A DNA stretch of 20,000 nt, taken from sequence record SRR20825010_2151. One strand, given 5' to 3'. Below the pieces are notes generated by a model. That model ran no database searches, had not been told where the DNA came from, and was given only the letters and a program-made list of their open reading frames with translations. The translations under genes and the position numbers were made by a program. Positions 9,430 through 16,951 of the stretch are shown here, piece after piece; position 1 is the stretch's first letter; the number at the start of each line of letters is the position of its first letter.

Positions 9430-9437
9430 TAAATTTG
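9430..9437 (+). promoter_or_regulatory. -7 element for the small membrane protein gene (divergent from mazG)
   Basis: TAAATTTG 17 nt before the ATG at 9455. Confidence 0.6.
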
Positions 9438-9454
9438 CAAAAAATTAGTCTACT

Positions 9455-9685
9455 ATGACAACTTTATATTTGACCTTAGGACTTGTAGGATTGTTTTTCG
9501 TATTCATGTCTGTTCGTTTGATCTTTTTAAAAAACGGAGAGTTCAAAGGAACATGCGCCTCTCAAAATCCCTTTTTGAATAAAGATGGAGCAGCTTGTGG
9601 CTATTGTGGAAAAACTGTACAAGCAGGAGAAAGCTGTGGAAATCCGGATAACGAAGTAGATAAAGTACTCTCCAAGTTTAAATAA
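9455..9685 (+). CDS. Small single-TM protein with four Cys (NqrM/DUF539-like)
   Basis: N-terminal TM helix, then KGTCAS...CGYCG...ESC; it has its own promoter element. Confidence 0.7.
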   Translation: MTTLYLTLGLVGLFFVFMSVRLIFLKNGEFKGTCASQNPFLNKDGAACGYCGKTVQAGESCGNPDNEVDKVLSKFK

Positions 9686-9747
9686 GCTTTGGCTTCTTTA
9701 CCTATTTCAAAAATCACTATAAAGTGACGGTCATATTCTGATTTTGC

Positions 9748-9755
9748 TAGCTTTG
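9748..9755 (+). promoter_or_regulatory. -7 element for glmM operon
   Basis: TAGCTTTG 26 nt before the GTG start. Confidence 0.6.
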
Positions 9756-9781
9756 TAATTTACAATCAACCCAATATATAA

Positions 9782-11173
9782 GTGACCTTAATCAAATCTA
9801 TTTCAGGAATAAGAGGAACCATTGGAGGTAAAGTAAACGAAGCACTTACACCAATTGATGTTGTTAAATTCTCTGCCGCTTTTGGCACTTGGGCCAAGCA
9901 AAACTCCAAACAAAATACTATTGTAATTGGTCGTGACGCTAGACCCTCGGGCGAAATGGTTTCTTCTCTTGTCAGCGCTACCCTTCGAGGTTTAGGCCTG
10001 AATGTAGTTGATCTTGGCCTTTCTACTACCCCGACTGTTGAAATGGCGGTTACAGCTGAAAATGCCTGTGGAGGAATTATTCTAACAGCAAGTCATAACC
10101 CTGTGCAATGGAATGCGCTAAAGCTTTTGAACGCAAAGGGTGAGTTTATCAGCGGTGATGATGGTAAAGCAGTATTGGAAATTGCTGAGAACGATGCGTT
10201 TGAGTTTGCCCCTGTTAAGTCTTTAGGCAAATACAGAACAGACGATACATACATTCAGAAACATATTGAAGCCATTCTTAAACTTCCATTGGTTGATGTT
10301 GAAGCGATTAAGGCGGCCAAATTCAAAGTGGCTATTGACTGCGTAAACTCTACAGGGGGTATTTCTCTTCCTCCTTTGTTGAGAGCTCTTGGCGTTGTTC
10401 AAATTGAAGAACTTTACTGTGAACCTAATGGCCATTTTCCTCATAACCCAGAACCACTTCCAGAACACTTAGGAGACATTACCAGAATTATGCAGAAAGG
10501 CATTTACGACCTTGGCATTGTGGTAGACCCAGATGTAGACCGTTTGGCTATGGTATCCGAAAACGGAGATCCTTTTGGTGAAGAGTACACTTTGGTGGCT
10601 GTTGCAGATTATGTGCTTTCACAAACCAAAGGCAATACTGTTTCAAACCTTTCTTCAACCCGGGCATTGAGAGATGTAACGGAAAAAAGAGGGGGCACTT
10701 ATCAAGCCGCTGCGGTGGGTGAAGTGAATGTGGTAACCAAAATGAAAGAAATAAATGCTGTAATCGGTGGTGAGGGAAATGGTGGAATCATCTATCCTGA
10801 ATTACACTACGGTAGAGATGCGCTTGTTGGAATCGCCCTTTTCTTAACACACCTGGCTAAATACGGAAAGAAAATGTCTCAGTTGAGAGCCAGCTACCCT
10901 AACTACCACATCTCAAAAAATAAGATTGATTTATCACCGGACATTGATGTAGACAAAGTATTGGAAGGAATGCAAAAGCGATATGCCAAGCAGCCAGTAA
11001 ACACTATTGACGGGGTAAAAATAGAGTTTGACAAAGAATGGGTACATTTGCGAAAGTCGAACACCGAGCCAATTATTCGTATTTATTCTGAATCAGAATC
11101 GCAGGCTACTGCCGAGTATTTGGCCAACAAAATAATCACCGATATTAAAGAAATCGTTTCGTCAAAATCTTGA
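9782..11173 (+). CDS. glmM: Phosphoglucosamine mutase (alpha-D-phosphohexomutase family)
   Basis: Phosphoserine loop TASHNP, metal loop DPDVDR, sugar loop GGEGNGG, phosphate loop RKSNTEPIIRIY. Substrate (GlcN vs Man/Glc) cannot be proven from motifs. Confidence 0.82.
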   Translation: MTLIKSISGIRGTIGGKVNEALTPIDVVKFSAAFGTWAKQNSKQNTIVIGRDARPSGEMVSSLVSATLRGLGLNVVDLGLSTTPTVEMAVTAENACGGIILTASHNPVQWNALKLLNAKGEFISGDDGKAVLEIAENDAFEFAPVKSLGKYRTDDTYIQKHIEAILKLPLVDVEAIKAAKFKVAIDCVNSTGGISLPPLLRALGVVQIEELYCEPNGHFPHNPEPLPEHLGDITRIMQKGIYDLGIVVDPDVDRLAMVSENGDPFGEEYTLVAVADYVLSQTKGNTVSNLSSTRALRDVTEKRGGTYQAAAVGEVNVVTKMKEINAVIGGEGNGGIIYPELHYGRDALVGIALFLTHLAKYGKKMSQLRASYPNYHISKNKIDLSPDIDVDKVLEGMQKRYAKQPVNTIDGVKIEFDKEWVHLRKSNTEPIIRIYSESESQATAEYLANKIITDIKEIVSSKS

Positions 11174-11177
11174 TAGA

Positions 11178-12320
11178 ATGAAGAAGATATATTTAGATAA
11201 CGCTGCCACAACCCCATTGGACCCTGAGGTTTTTGAAGCCATGAAACCCATGATGTTAGAAATGTATGGGAATCCATCATCTACTCATGCCCATGGGCGA
11301 GAAGTAAGAACCAAGATTGAAAGGGCAAGAAAGACTGTGGCAGAGTTGCTGAATACAACTCCTTCTGAAATTTTCTTTACTTCTGGCGGAACTGAGGCTG
11401 ATAATACTGCCATTACGTGCAGTGTTGATGCTTATGATCTAAAGCATTTAATCACTTCTAGAATTGAGCACAAGGCGGTTTTGCAAACAGCGGAAAAGCT
11501 CGAAGCCCAAGGTAAAGTGAAATTAAGCTTTGTTGATGTAGACAGCCAAGGTCATATGGATTATGACCATTTGAATAGCCTTTTAAAGGATAATTCGCGT
11601 TCAATGGTGTCTATCATGCACGCCAATAACGAAATCGGAACACTCAACGATATTGCCAGAATTGGTGAGATGTGTAAAGAGTACGATGCCGTTTTCCATT
11701 CCGATACGGTGCAAACTATGGGGCACTTCAAACATGATTTGCAGGCGTTGGCTTGCCATTTTATTGTTGGTGCAGGCCACAAATTCAACGGCCCAAAGGG
11801 TGTTGGCTTTTTAAGAGTTTGTAAGAGCAAAAAAATAGGCCGTTTTGTAGAAGGTGGAGGCCAAGAAAGAAACCACAGGGGCGGAACAGAAAATGTTTAC
11901 GGCATTGTTGGTTTGGCAAAAGCCCTAGAAATTGCTTACCGCGATATGGATAGCCATGCCAAGCACATTCAAGGCTTAAAAACCAGAATGATCGAAGGCT
12001 TGAAAAACAATATTTCTGGAATAGAATTTAATGGTGACATCAGAGAAGGCCACAGCCTTTACACAGTGTTGAACGCAAGCTTTCCAGCACATGAAGACAA
12101 CGATATGCTACTCTTCAATTTAGATATTAATGGAATTTCTGCTTCTGGCGGAAGTGCCTGTTCTAGTGGTGCTAACACGGGTTCTCATGTGTTAACAGGA
12201 ATAAAAGCAGACCCAGAAAGACAAGGCATTCGTTTTTCTTTTGGAAAATACTCTACTGCAGAAGAAGTAGACTATACGGTTGAAAAGCTCATTGAAATTC
12301 TGAACCCTGTACACGCTTAA
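11178..12320 (+). CDS. Group I cysteine desulfurase (IscS/NifS-like)
   Basis: YLDNAATT, GNPSS, FTSGGTEADN, NNEIG, PLP-Lys GHKFNGPKG, GGTENV, catalytic SGGSACSS. Confidence 0.92.
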   Translation: MKKIYLDNAATTPLDPEVFEAMKPMMLEMYGNPSSTHAHGREVRTKIERARKTVAELLNTTPSEIFFTSGGTEADNTAITCSVDAYDLKHLITSRIEHKAVLQTAEKLEAQGKVKLSFVDVDSQGHMDYDHLNSLLKDNSRSMVSIMHANNEIGTLNDIARIGEMCKEYDAVFHSDTVQTMGHFKHDLQALACHFIVGAGHKFNGPKGVGFLRVCKSKKIGRFVEGGGQERNHRGGTENVYGIVGLAKALEIAYRDMDSHAKHIQGLKTRMIEGLKNNISGIEFNGDIREGHSLYTVLNASFPAHEDNDMLLFNLDINGISASGGSACSSGANTGSHVLTGIKADPERQGIRFSFGKYSTAEEVDYTVEKLIEILNPVHA

Positions 12321-12322
12321 GA

Positions 12323-12667
12323 ATGATGAACGTACTCCGTTCCATATTGTATAAAAAGAAAGCAAGGACGATTTATGTATTGGCCTTGCTTTCTTTTTTC
12401 CTTTTGGGCTGCTCTGATGAGGACATTGATATTTCTGAACTCAGAGGTACCATTGTTGAAGGGGCTACAGTTAGTTTGAGCTGCGAATACATTTTTCAAA
12501 CCGATGGTGGGCGATATTATGTTCCAACATTCTTACCCGCCCAATACAAGCAAAATGGGGCTTTAGTATTCATTAAAGGAGAAATATTAGATGAACTTTC
12601 GGATTGCGCCAACCTAATTGGTGACGGTCAGTTTATTCGGATAGAGCAAATCAGTACTGCGAATTAA
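12323..12667 (+). CDS. Small lipoprotein, unknown function
   Basis: Basic N-region, hydrophobic stretch, lipobox LLG-C followed by acidic SDEDID; two further Cys. Confidence 0.7.
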   Translation: MMNVLRSILYKKKARTIYVLALLSFFLLGCSDEDIDISELRGTIVEGATVSLSCEYIFQTDGGRYYVPTFLPAQYKQNGALVFIKGEILDELSDCANLIGDGQFIRIEQISTAN

Positions 12668-12711
12668 TTGTTCTATTAAATCCGTTTTAGAGAGGCATAA
12701 AGATTGACCGA

Positions 12712-13731
12712 CTATGCCTTTTCTACCATTTCTTTTAGTCCTTCAATCCAAGTAGGGGAATTATTAAGACTAGGTACTAAATCCCAAACTTCTCCACCGG
12801 CTTCCATAAATTCCTCTTTAAACTGTTCACCCACTTCAACTGTAGTTTCTAAACAATCGGCAATAAATGCAGGAGAATAAGCCAATACTTTTTTGATTCC
12901 TTTTTTCGGAAGGTCTTTCAAAATTTCGTCAGTATAAGGCTTAATCCACGGATCTTTACCCAACCTTGACTGAAAACTTATAGTATACTGATCTTCACTT
13001 AAGCCCAATTTTTCAGCCAAAAGGCGCGAAGTATAAAAACATTGCGCTCTGTAGCAGTAACGGTTCTTTTCATAAAATTTATTACAGCAGCTACCCAGTT
13101 GACATTGGTTTCCATCAGATCCTTTTTTGATTTGACGCTCTGGCAAACCATGGTAACTGAAAACTACGTGATCGTAATCAGTAGTTCCCATTAACTTAAG
13201 TCCGTTTTCGGCAAAGGCCTGAATAAACTTAGGGTGATCCATAAATTGATTGATATAACTCATGGAAGGAATTATCTGCCATTTGTTCACCACATCATTT
13301 ACTTCTTGTACCGCAGAACCCGTAGAAGCAGATGCATACTGAGGAAACAAAGGAATAACGATAATTCGGCTTACGCTGGCAGCTTTTAGTTCGTTTAATG
13401 CCTCTTCAATACTTGGGCTTTGATAGCGCATACCCAAAACCACCTTATATTCAGTGCCTAATAGTTCCTGCAAAGAATCGCGAACATCGTATCCGTAAAA
13501 CTTCAGCGGACTACCTCTTTCAACCCAAAGCTTGGCATATTCCTTTGCCGACTTAGGGGCTCTTAAAGGTGCAATAATGCCTTGAACCAAGAGAAACCTT
13601 GAAAGTAAAGGAATGTCAATAACTCTTCCATCCATTAAGAATTGGCGTAAGTATTTGCGAACATCTGGTGTGGAGGGACTATCTGGAGTGCCTAGATTAA
13701 CGAGTAAGACACCAATTTTTTCTTTTTGCAT
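12712..13731 (-). CDS. hemH: Ferrochelatase with internal Cys-rich insertion
   Basis: GVLLVNLGTP, GSPL, MRY, PLFPQYA, FSYHGLP, FQSRLG..PWIKP, FIADCLET, SLN. Confidence 0.95.
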   Translation of the reverse strand: MQKEKIGVLLVNLGTPDSPSTPDVRKYLRQFLMDGRVIDIPLLSRFLLVQGIIAPLRAPKSAKEYAKLWVERGSPLKFYGYDVRDSLQELLGTEYKVVLGMRYQSPSIEEALNELKAASVSRIIVIPLFPQYASASTGSAVQEVNDVVNKWQIIPSMSYINQFMDHPKFIQAFAENGLKLMGTTDYDHVVFSYHGLPERQIKKGSDGNQCQLGSCCNKFYEKNRYCYRAQCFYTSRLLAEKLGLSEDQYTISFQSRLGKDPWIKPYTDEILKDLPKKGIKKVLAYSPAFIADCLETTVEVGEQFKEEFMEAGGEVWDLVPSLNNSPTWIEGLKEMVEKA

Positions 13732-13761
13732 GGTTGGAATTTAGCCTTGATAAACCGTTTG

Positions 13762-13769
13762 CAAAGATA
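13762..13769 (-). promoter_or_regulatory. -7 element for hemH
   Basis: TATCTTTG on the - strand, 30 nt upstream of the hemH ATG. Confidence 0.7.
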
Positions 13770-13777
13770 TTTGTTTT

Positions 13778-13966
13778 AACCTGAATTATGCATTGGGTTT
13801 CGAAATGAAGAGATAAAGTACAAAAAAAGAGTTACTTATATTGAAGAGGCATAGCATAGCTATGGTGATTCAATAAATGCATGTTAAGTGACTCTTTTGA
13901 AGTAATTTATCTATGGAATACTTGTCTGCCATCAAGGCAGAGGAAGGTTAATGCATAATTCAGGTT
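13778..13966. mobile_element. 189-bp non-autonomous MITE-like palindromic element
   Basis: Perfect 17-bp terminal IR AACCTGAATTATGCATT (13778-13794) / AATGCATAATTCAGGTT (13950-13966). Internal IRs: 13811-13838 vs 13885-13912 (23/28), TATTGAA/TTCAATA, CATAGC-ata-GCTATG, TCTGCC-atcaa-GGCAGA. No ORF. Confidence 0.7.
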
Positions 13967-14003
13967 TGAGCTGCTAGGCCAATTGATCTTTTCAATAGAC
14001 AAT

Positions 14004-14031
14004 AAAAAAGCACTATCGGTTAAGATAGTGC
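14004..14031 (-). terminator. Rho-independent terminator on the minus strand with no annotated upstream gene
   Basis: GCACTATC-N6-GATAGTGC stem (14010-14031) with an A6 run at 14004-14009 (U-tail on the - strand); no T-run on the + side. Confidence 0.75.
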
Positions 14032-14142
14032 CTCATCTATATCGTTCAAATCTGTTGTTTTATTCTCTATTGGACTCCTCTTCCTTTAGAGAGATATTTG
14101 AGCGACCTTATTTATAGGTAGATTTATTATAATAACAAGGCT
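14004..14142 (-). ncRNA. Candidate small non-coding RNA (5' end uncertain)
   Basis: Orphan terminator plus upstream stems 14041-14051/14096-14106 and 14064-14074/14082-14092; no ORF in the track here. Confidence 0.35.
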
Positions 14143-14293
14143 TTTGGTATTTACCCTTACCTATGCCAAAAAATAAATCATTAATTAGTGACTCAATATA
14201 GAGCACATAGTGTTAACGAATAAAACCCTTTGGGGTTTTAGGTATATGCCTTTACAGCTTTTTTTATAGATTAACTTTAAAAGGAAATCCAAA

Positions 14294-15517
14294 ATGGCCA
14301 TGAAAACAATCAAAATTCAATTCAAAAATGCTGAGGGTTTTCTGCTTTCAGCAAAGCTCGAACAGCCTATTGATAAGAAACCAGTGGCCTATGCTTTGTT
14401 TGCCCATTGCTTTACTTGTTCCAAAAATTTGATCGCAGTTACCAATATTAGCAGGGCATTAACCTCGAAAGGAATTGCCGTTTTAAGGTTTGATTTCACG
14501 GGGTTGGGAGAAAGTGAAGGTGATTTTGCAGACACTAATTTTTCTGGAAATATTCAAGACCTCATAGTGGCTGCTGAATATTTAGCCGAAAATTATGAAG
14601 CGCCAAGTATTCTGATTGGCCATTCCTTGGGAGGAGCTGCTGTATTGATGGCCGCCAGCCAACTGGATTTTATTAAATCGGTAGTTACCATTGGAGCTCC
14701 TGCTGATACTCCTCACCTTAAAAAGCTTTTTGAAAGTTCGCTTGAAGAAATTGAAGAAAACGGTAAAGCCGTGGTTTCATTAGGCGGAAGACCTTTTACC
14801 ATTAAAAAGCAGTTTATCGATGACTTGGATAAGACAGAGCTTACTTCAGTAATAAGTGAGTTAAGAAAACCCTTGCTTATTTTCCATTCTCCTCAAGACG
14901 AGACGGTAGACATTAAGAATGCGGAGAAGATCTATGTAGCTGCACATCATCCCAAAAGTTTTGTTTCGCTAGATCAGGCTGATCACTTGTTAACTTCAAA
15001 GGAAGACTCTCTTTATGTAGGTGACATAATTGCCTCCTGGGCCAAGCGCTATGTGGATTTGGAAGTGAATGAAGAAGGGCTTGAAACTACACATCAGGTG
15101 GTGGTCAGGAATGAAAAGGAAGACGGACTCCTTTCCGAAATCATGGCGAATAAGCATTACATCATTGCCGATGAGCCCAAGGATGTTGGAGGAACAAATT
15201 TGGGTGGAACCCCTTATGATCTGCTTGTTTCGGCCTTAGGTGCTTGCACTGCCATGACGATTAGACTCTATGCAAACCACAAAAAGATGGAGCTCGATGA
15301 TGTGAAAGTACACCTGACCTTCGATAAGCGCCATGCGGACGATGCAATAAATGGGGCATCCGCGCAAATGGAGTTTATAGACAGAGAGGTCGAGCTAACT
15401 GGAAATTTGAGTGAAGAACAACGAGAAAGAATTTTGCAGATTGCAGATAAATGCCCGGTTCACAAAACGCTCACAAAAGGCTTAAACATTAATACAAAGT
15501 TTAAACAACAGCGGTAA
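14294..15517 (+). CDS. Bifunctional alpha/beta-hydrolase / OsmC-family protein
   Basis: FAHCFTC, RFDFTGLGESEG, nucleophile GHSLGG, HPKSFVSLD..DHLL; OsmC domain ADEP...GG...P, ALGACT, DKCPVH. Confidence 0.92.
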   Translation: MAMKTIKIQFKNAEGFLLSAKLEQPIDKKPVAYALFAHCFTCSKNLIAVTNISRALTSKGIAVLRFDFTGLGESEGDFADTNFSGNIQDLIVAAEYLAENYEAPSILIGHSLGGAAVLMAASQLDFIKSVVTIGAPADTPHLKKLFESSLEEIEENGKAVVSLGGRPFTIKKQFIDDLDKTELTSVISELRKPLLIFHSPQDETVDIKNAEKIYVAAHHPKSFVSLDQADHLLTSKEDSLYVGDIIASWAKRYVDLEVNEEGLETTHQVVVRNEKEDGLLSEIMANKHYIIADEPKDVGGTNLGGTPYDLLVSALGACTAMTIRLYANHKKMELDDVKVHLTFDKRHADDAINGASAQMEFIDREVELTGNLSEEQRERILQIADKCPVHKTLTKGLNINTKFKQQR

Positions 15518-15559
15518 AGAGGTTTGTGTAACGCTATTTCAGGATGAGACATAAAAGCG

Positions 15560-15593
15560 AAAAAGGAGTCAACCTTTCGATCAACCCCTTTTT
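15560..15593 (-). terminator. Rho-independent terminator for the LTXXQ gene
   Basis: Minus strand AAAAAGGGGTTGATC-GAAA-GGTTGACTCCTTTTT folds fully using 4 G-U pairs with a GNRA loop. It pairs well only on the - strand. Confidence 0.8.
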
Positions 15594-15628
15594 ACAAAAC
15601 AACCACATATTACAACTCTTGTATATTT

Positions 15629-16144
15629 TTAATTTCCTCCGTCTTTTTTAACCTCAGTTTTCTCTTTGGCCTTTTCTTTCATTTCGCCAGCACGTTTTTT
15701 CATCATCGTATGCCTGCCCATATTTATTCTATTCTTCTGTGGAGAAACACGCCTCTCATTTCTGTTTGCTTGTCCTCTCATATCACTACGGTTTCTTTGA
15801 CCTTGTACCCGAGTTCTTTGACCATTTTTTGAAGACTCCTTTAGCTTTGCATATTGCTCTTCAGTTAGAATTTCCTTAAGACGCTCATCCTTGGCTTGTC
15901 TTTCTAAGAAGGCATCACGCTTCATTTCTTCTCTCATTGCCTTCATCTTTTCCATGGAGGCTTTGCGCTCTAATTGTGCTGCTTTCAATTCCTTATCTAA
16001 GGCTAGTTTTTGTTGCTCATTTAAACCGAGCTTTGTTGCCATTTGCTCTGTTTGCAACAACGTCTTATTAGAGTTTTGTGCTAACATTTGGTTTGCTGAT
16101 ACTCCGATCAAGCTTACCATTAAAATTTTAATTATTGACCTCAT
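15629..16144 (-). CDS. Periplasmic Spy/CpxP-like (LTXXQ) helical protein
   Basis: Likely ATG start at 16144 (MRSIIKILMVSLIGVSANQMLA-Q signal peptide) rather than 16189. Two LTXXQ-type motifs, LGLNEQQ and ILTEEQY; R/K/M/E-rich helices. Confidence 0.65.
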   Translation of the reverse strand: MRSIIKILMVSLIGVSANQMLAQNSNKTLLQTEQMATKLGLNEQQKLALDKELKAAQLERKASMEKMKAMREEMKRDAFLERQAKDERLKEILTEEQYAKLKESSKNGQRTRVQGQRNRSDMRGQANRNERRVSPQKNRINMGRHTMMKKRAGEMKEKAKEKTEVKKDGGN

Positions 16145-16275
16145 TCCCTTTTCGTTTGTTGTGAATCTTTGATTGAAAAGCGAGATCAAGGTTTAATGAG
16201 GTAAGAAAAATGTAGCGTTGCCGAAATTATAAAAAGCAGTTTTATCTACTTAATCTAATAAACCTTAAGGAAAAA

Positions 16276-16815
16276 TTAGAGAACTTTAAACGGAGTGGAA
16301 ACCTTGGTTTTGTCCCAAGCCATAATGAGTACCGGGCTTCCGTTTTCTTCAGAGAAATCAATGGTGAACTGCTCTACTACTTCGGGGAGTTTCTCCACTT
16401 TAGCAGGCACTCTTAATACATCGTCTTCAGGAGTATAAACGGTGCCCCAATCGTGAATTTGATTATTGAAAACGATTTGCCACTCTGTTTCATCTGGAAT
16501 AGTAATCAAAGAATAAAAACCTGCTTTTAATGTTTGACCCGAAAAAGAAACATCTCTTGAAAGGCGAATAGTGGTTGCCTCGTTGGCGCCAGTCCTCCAC
16601 CATTCTCCGTAGGGAACAAGGTCACCAAAAATTGCTCTTCCTTTTTTATACGGACCGCTGTAGGTCACTTCAATGCTTATGGCATTATTGTTATAAGATG
16701 CTATTTCAGCAGGACTATATTTTTTGGTCTGGTAAAGCTGGTACTGTTGTACGCCAACAATACCACCGACAATGACGGCTAAAATTAGTACTGCTGTGGA
16801 AAGCTTTTTCTTCAT
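16276..16815 (-). CDS. DUF2911 domain protein
   Basis: SP..., VTYSGPYKKGRAIFGDLVPYGEWWRTGANEAT, YSLITIP, WG..Y....DVLR, EQFTI, MAWDKT. ATG 16815 is preferred because the ORF-track TTG (16824) lies in the -7 element. Confidence 0.85.
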   Translation of the reverse strand: MKKKLSTAVLILAVIVGGIVGVQQYQLYQTKKYSPAEIASYNNNAISIEVTYSGPYKKGRAIFGDLVPYGEWWRTGANEATTIRLSRDVSFSGQTLKAGFYSLITIPDETEWQIVFNNQIHDWGTVYTPEDDVLRVPAKVEKLPEVVEQFTIDFSEENGSPVLIMAWDKTKVSTPFKVL

Positions 16816-16821
16816 ACCAAA

Positions 16822-16829
16822 CAAATATA
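16822..16829 (-). promoter_or_regulatory. -7 element for DUF2911 gene
   Basis: TATATTTG on the - strand, 6 nt before ATG 16815. Confidence 0.6.
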
Positions 16830-16914
16830 AGGATTCTGGCTTCTAAGACTCGAAAAAAGCCTCAAGGATTATGCCGAGACTTGATAAACGGGAATTTCCT
16901 TTTTCAGTAATGCA

Positions 16915-16947
16915 TTGCACATGTTGAAAGCCTTTTCCATATCTTTG
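16915..16947 (+). promoter_or_regulatory. sigma-A promoter of glyQS
   Basis: TTG (16915-16917), 22-nt spacer, TATCTTTG (16940-16947), 4 nt before the ATG. Confidence 0.65.
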
Positions 16948-16951
16948 CCGC

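Noticed and set aside
13864..13889. ATGTTAAGT resembling the XerD arm of a dif site
   Set aside because: It lacks the TTATGTTAA core and a correctly spaced XerC arm, and it lies inside the palindromic element's stem.
13731..14294. CRISPR array or tRNA in the large intergenic regions (also 6125-6762)
   Set aside because: No direct repeats with spacers and no cloverleaf/T-loop motif found.
16145..16200. Possible ECF-sigma promoter (TAAACC...) upstream of the LTXXQ gene
   Set aside because: Single short motif and no consensus I can verify from this window.
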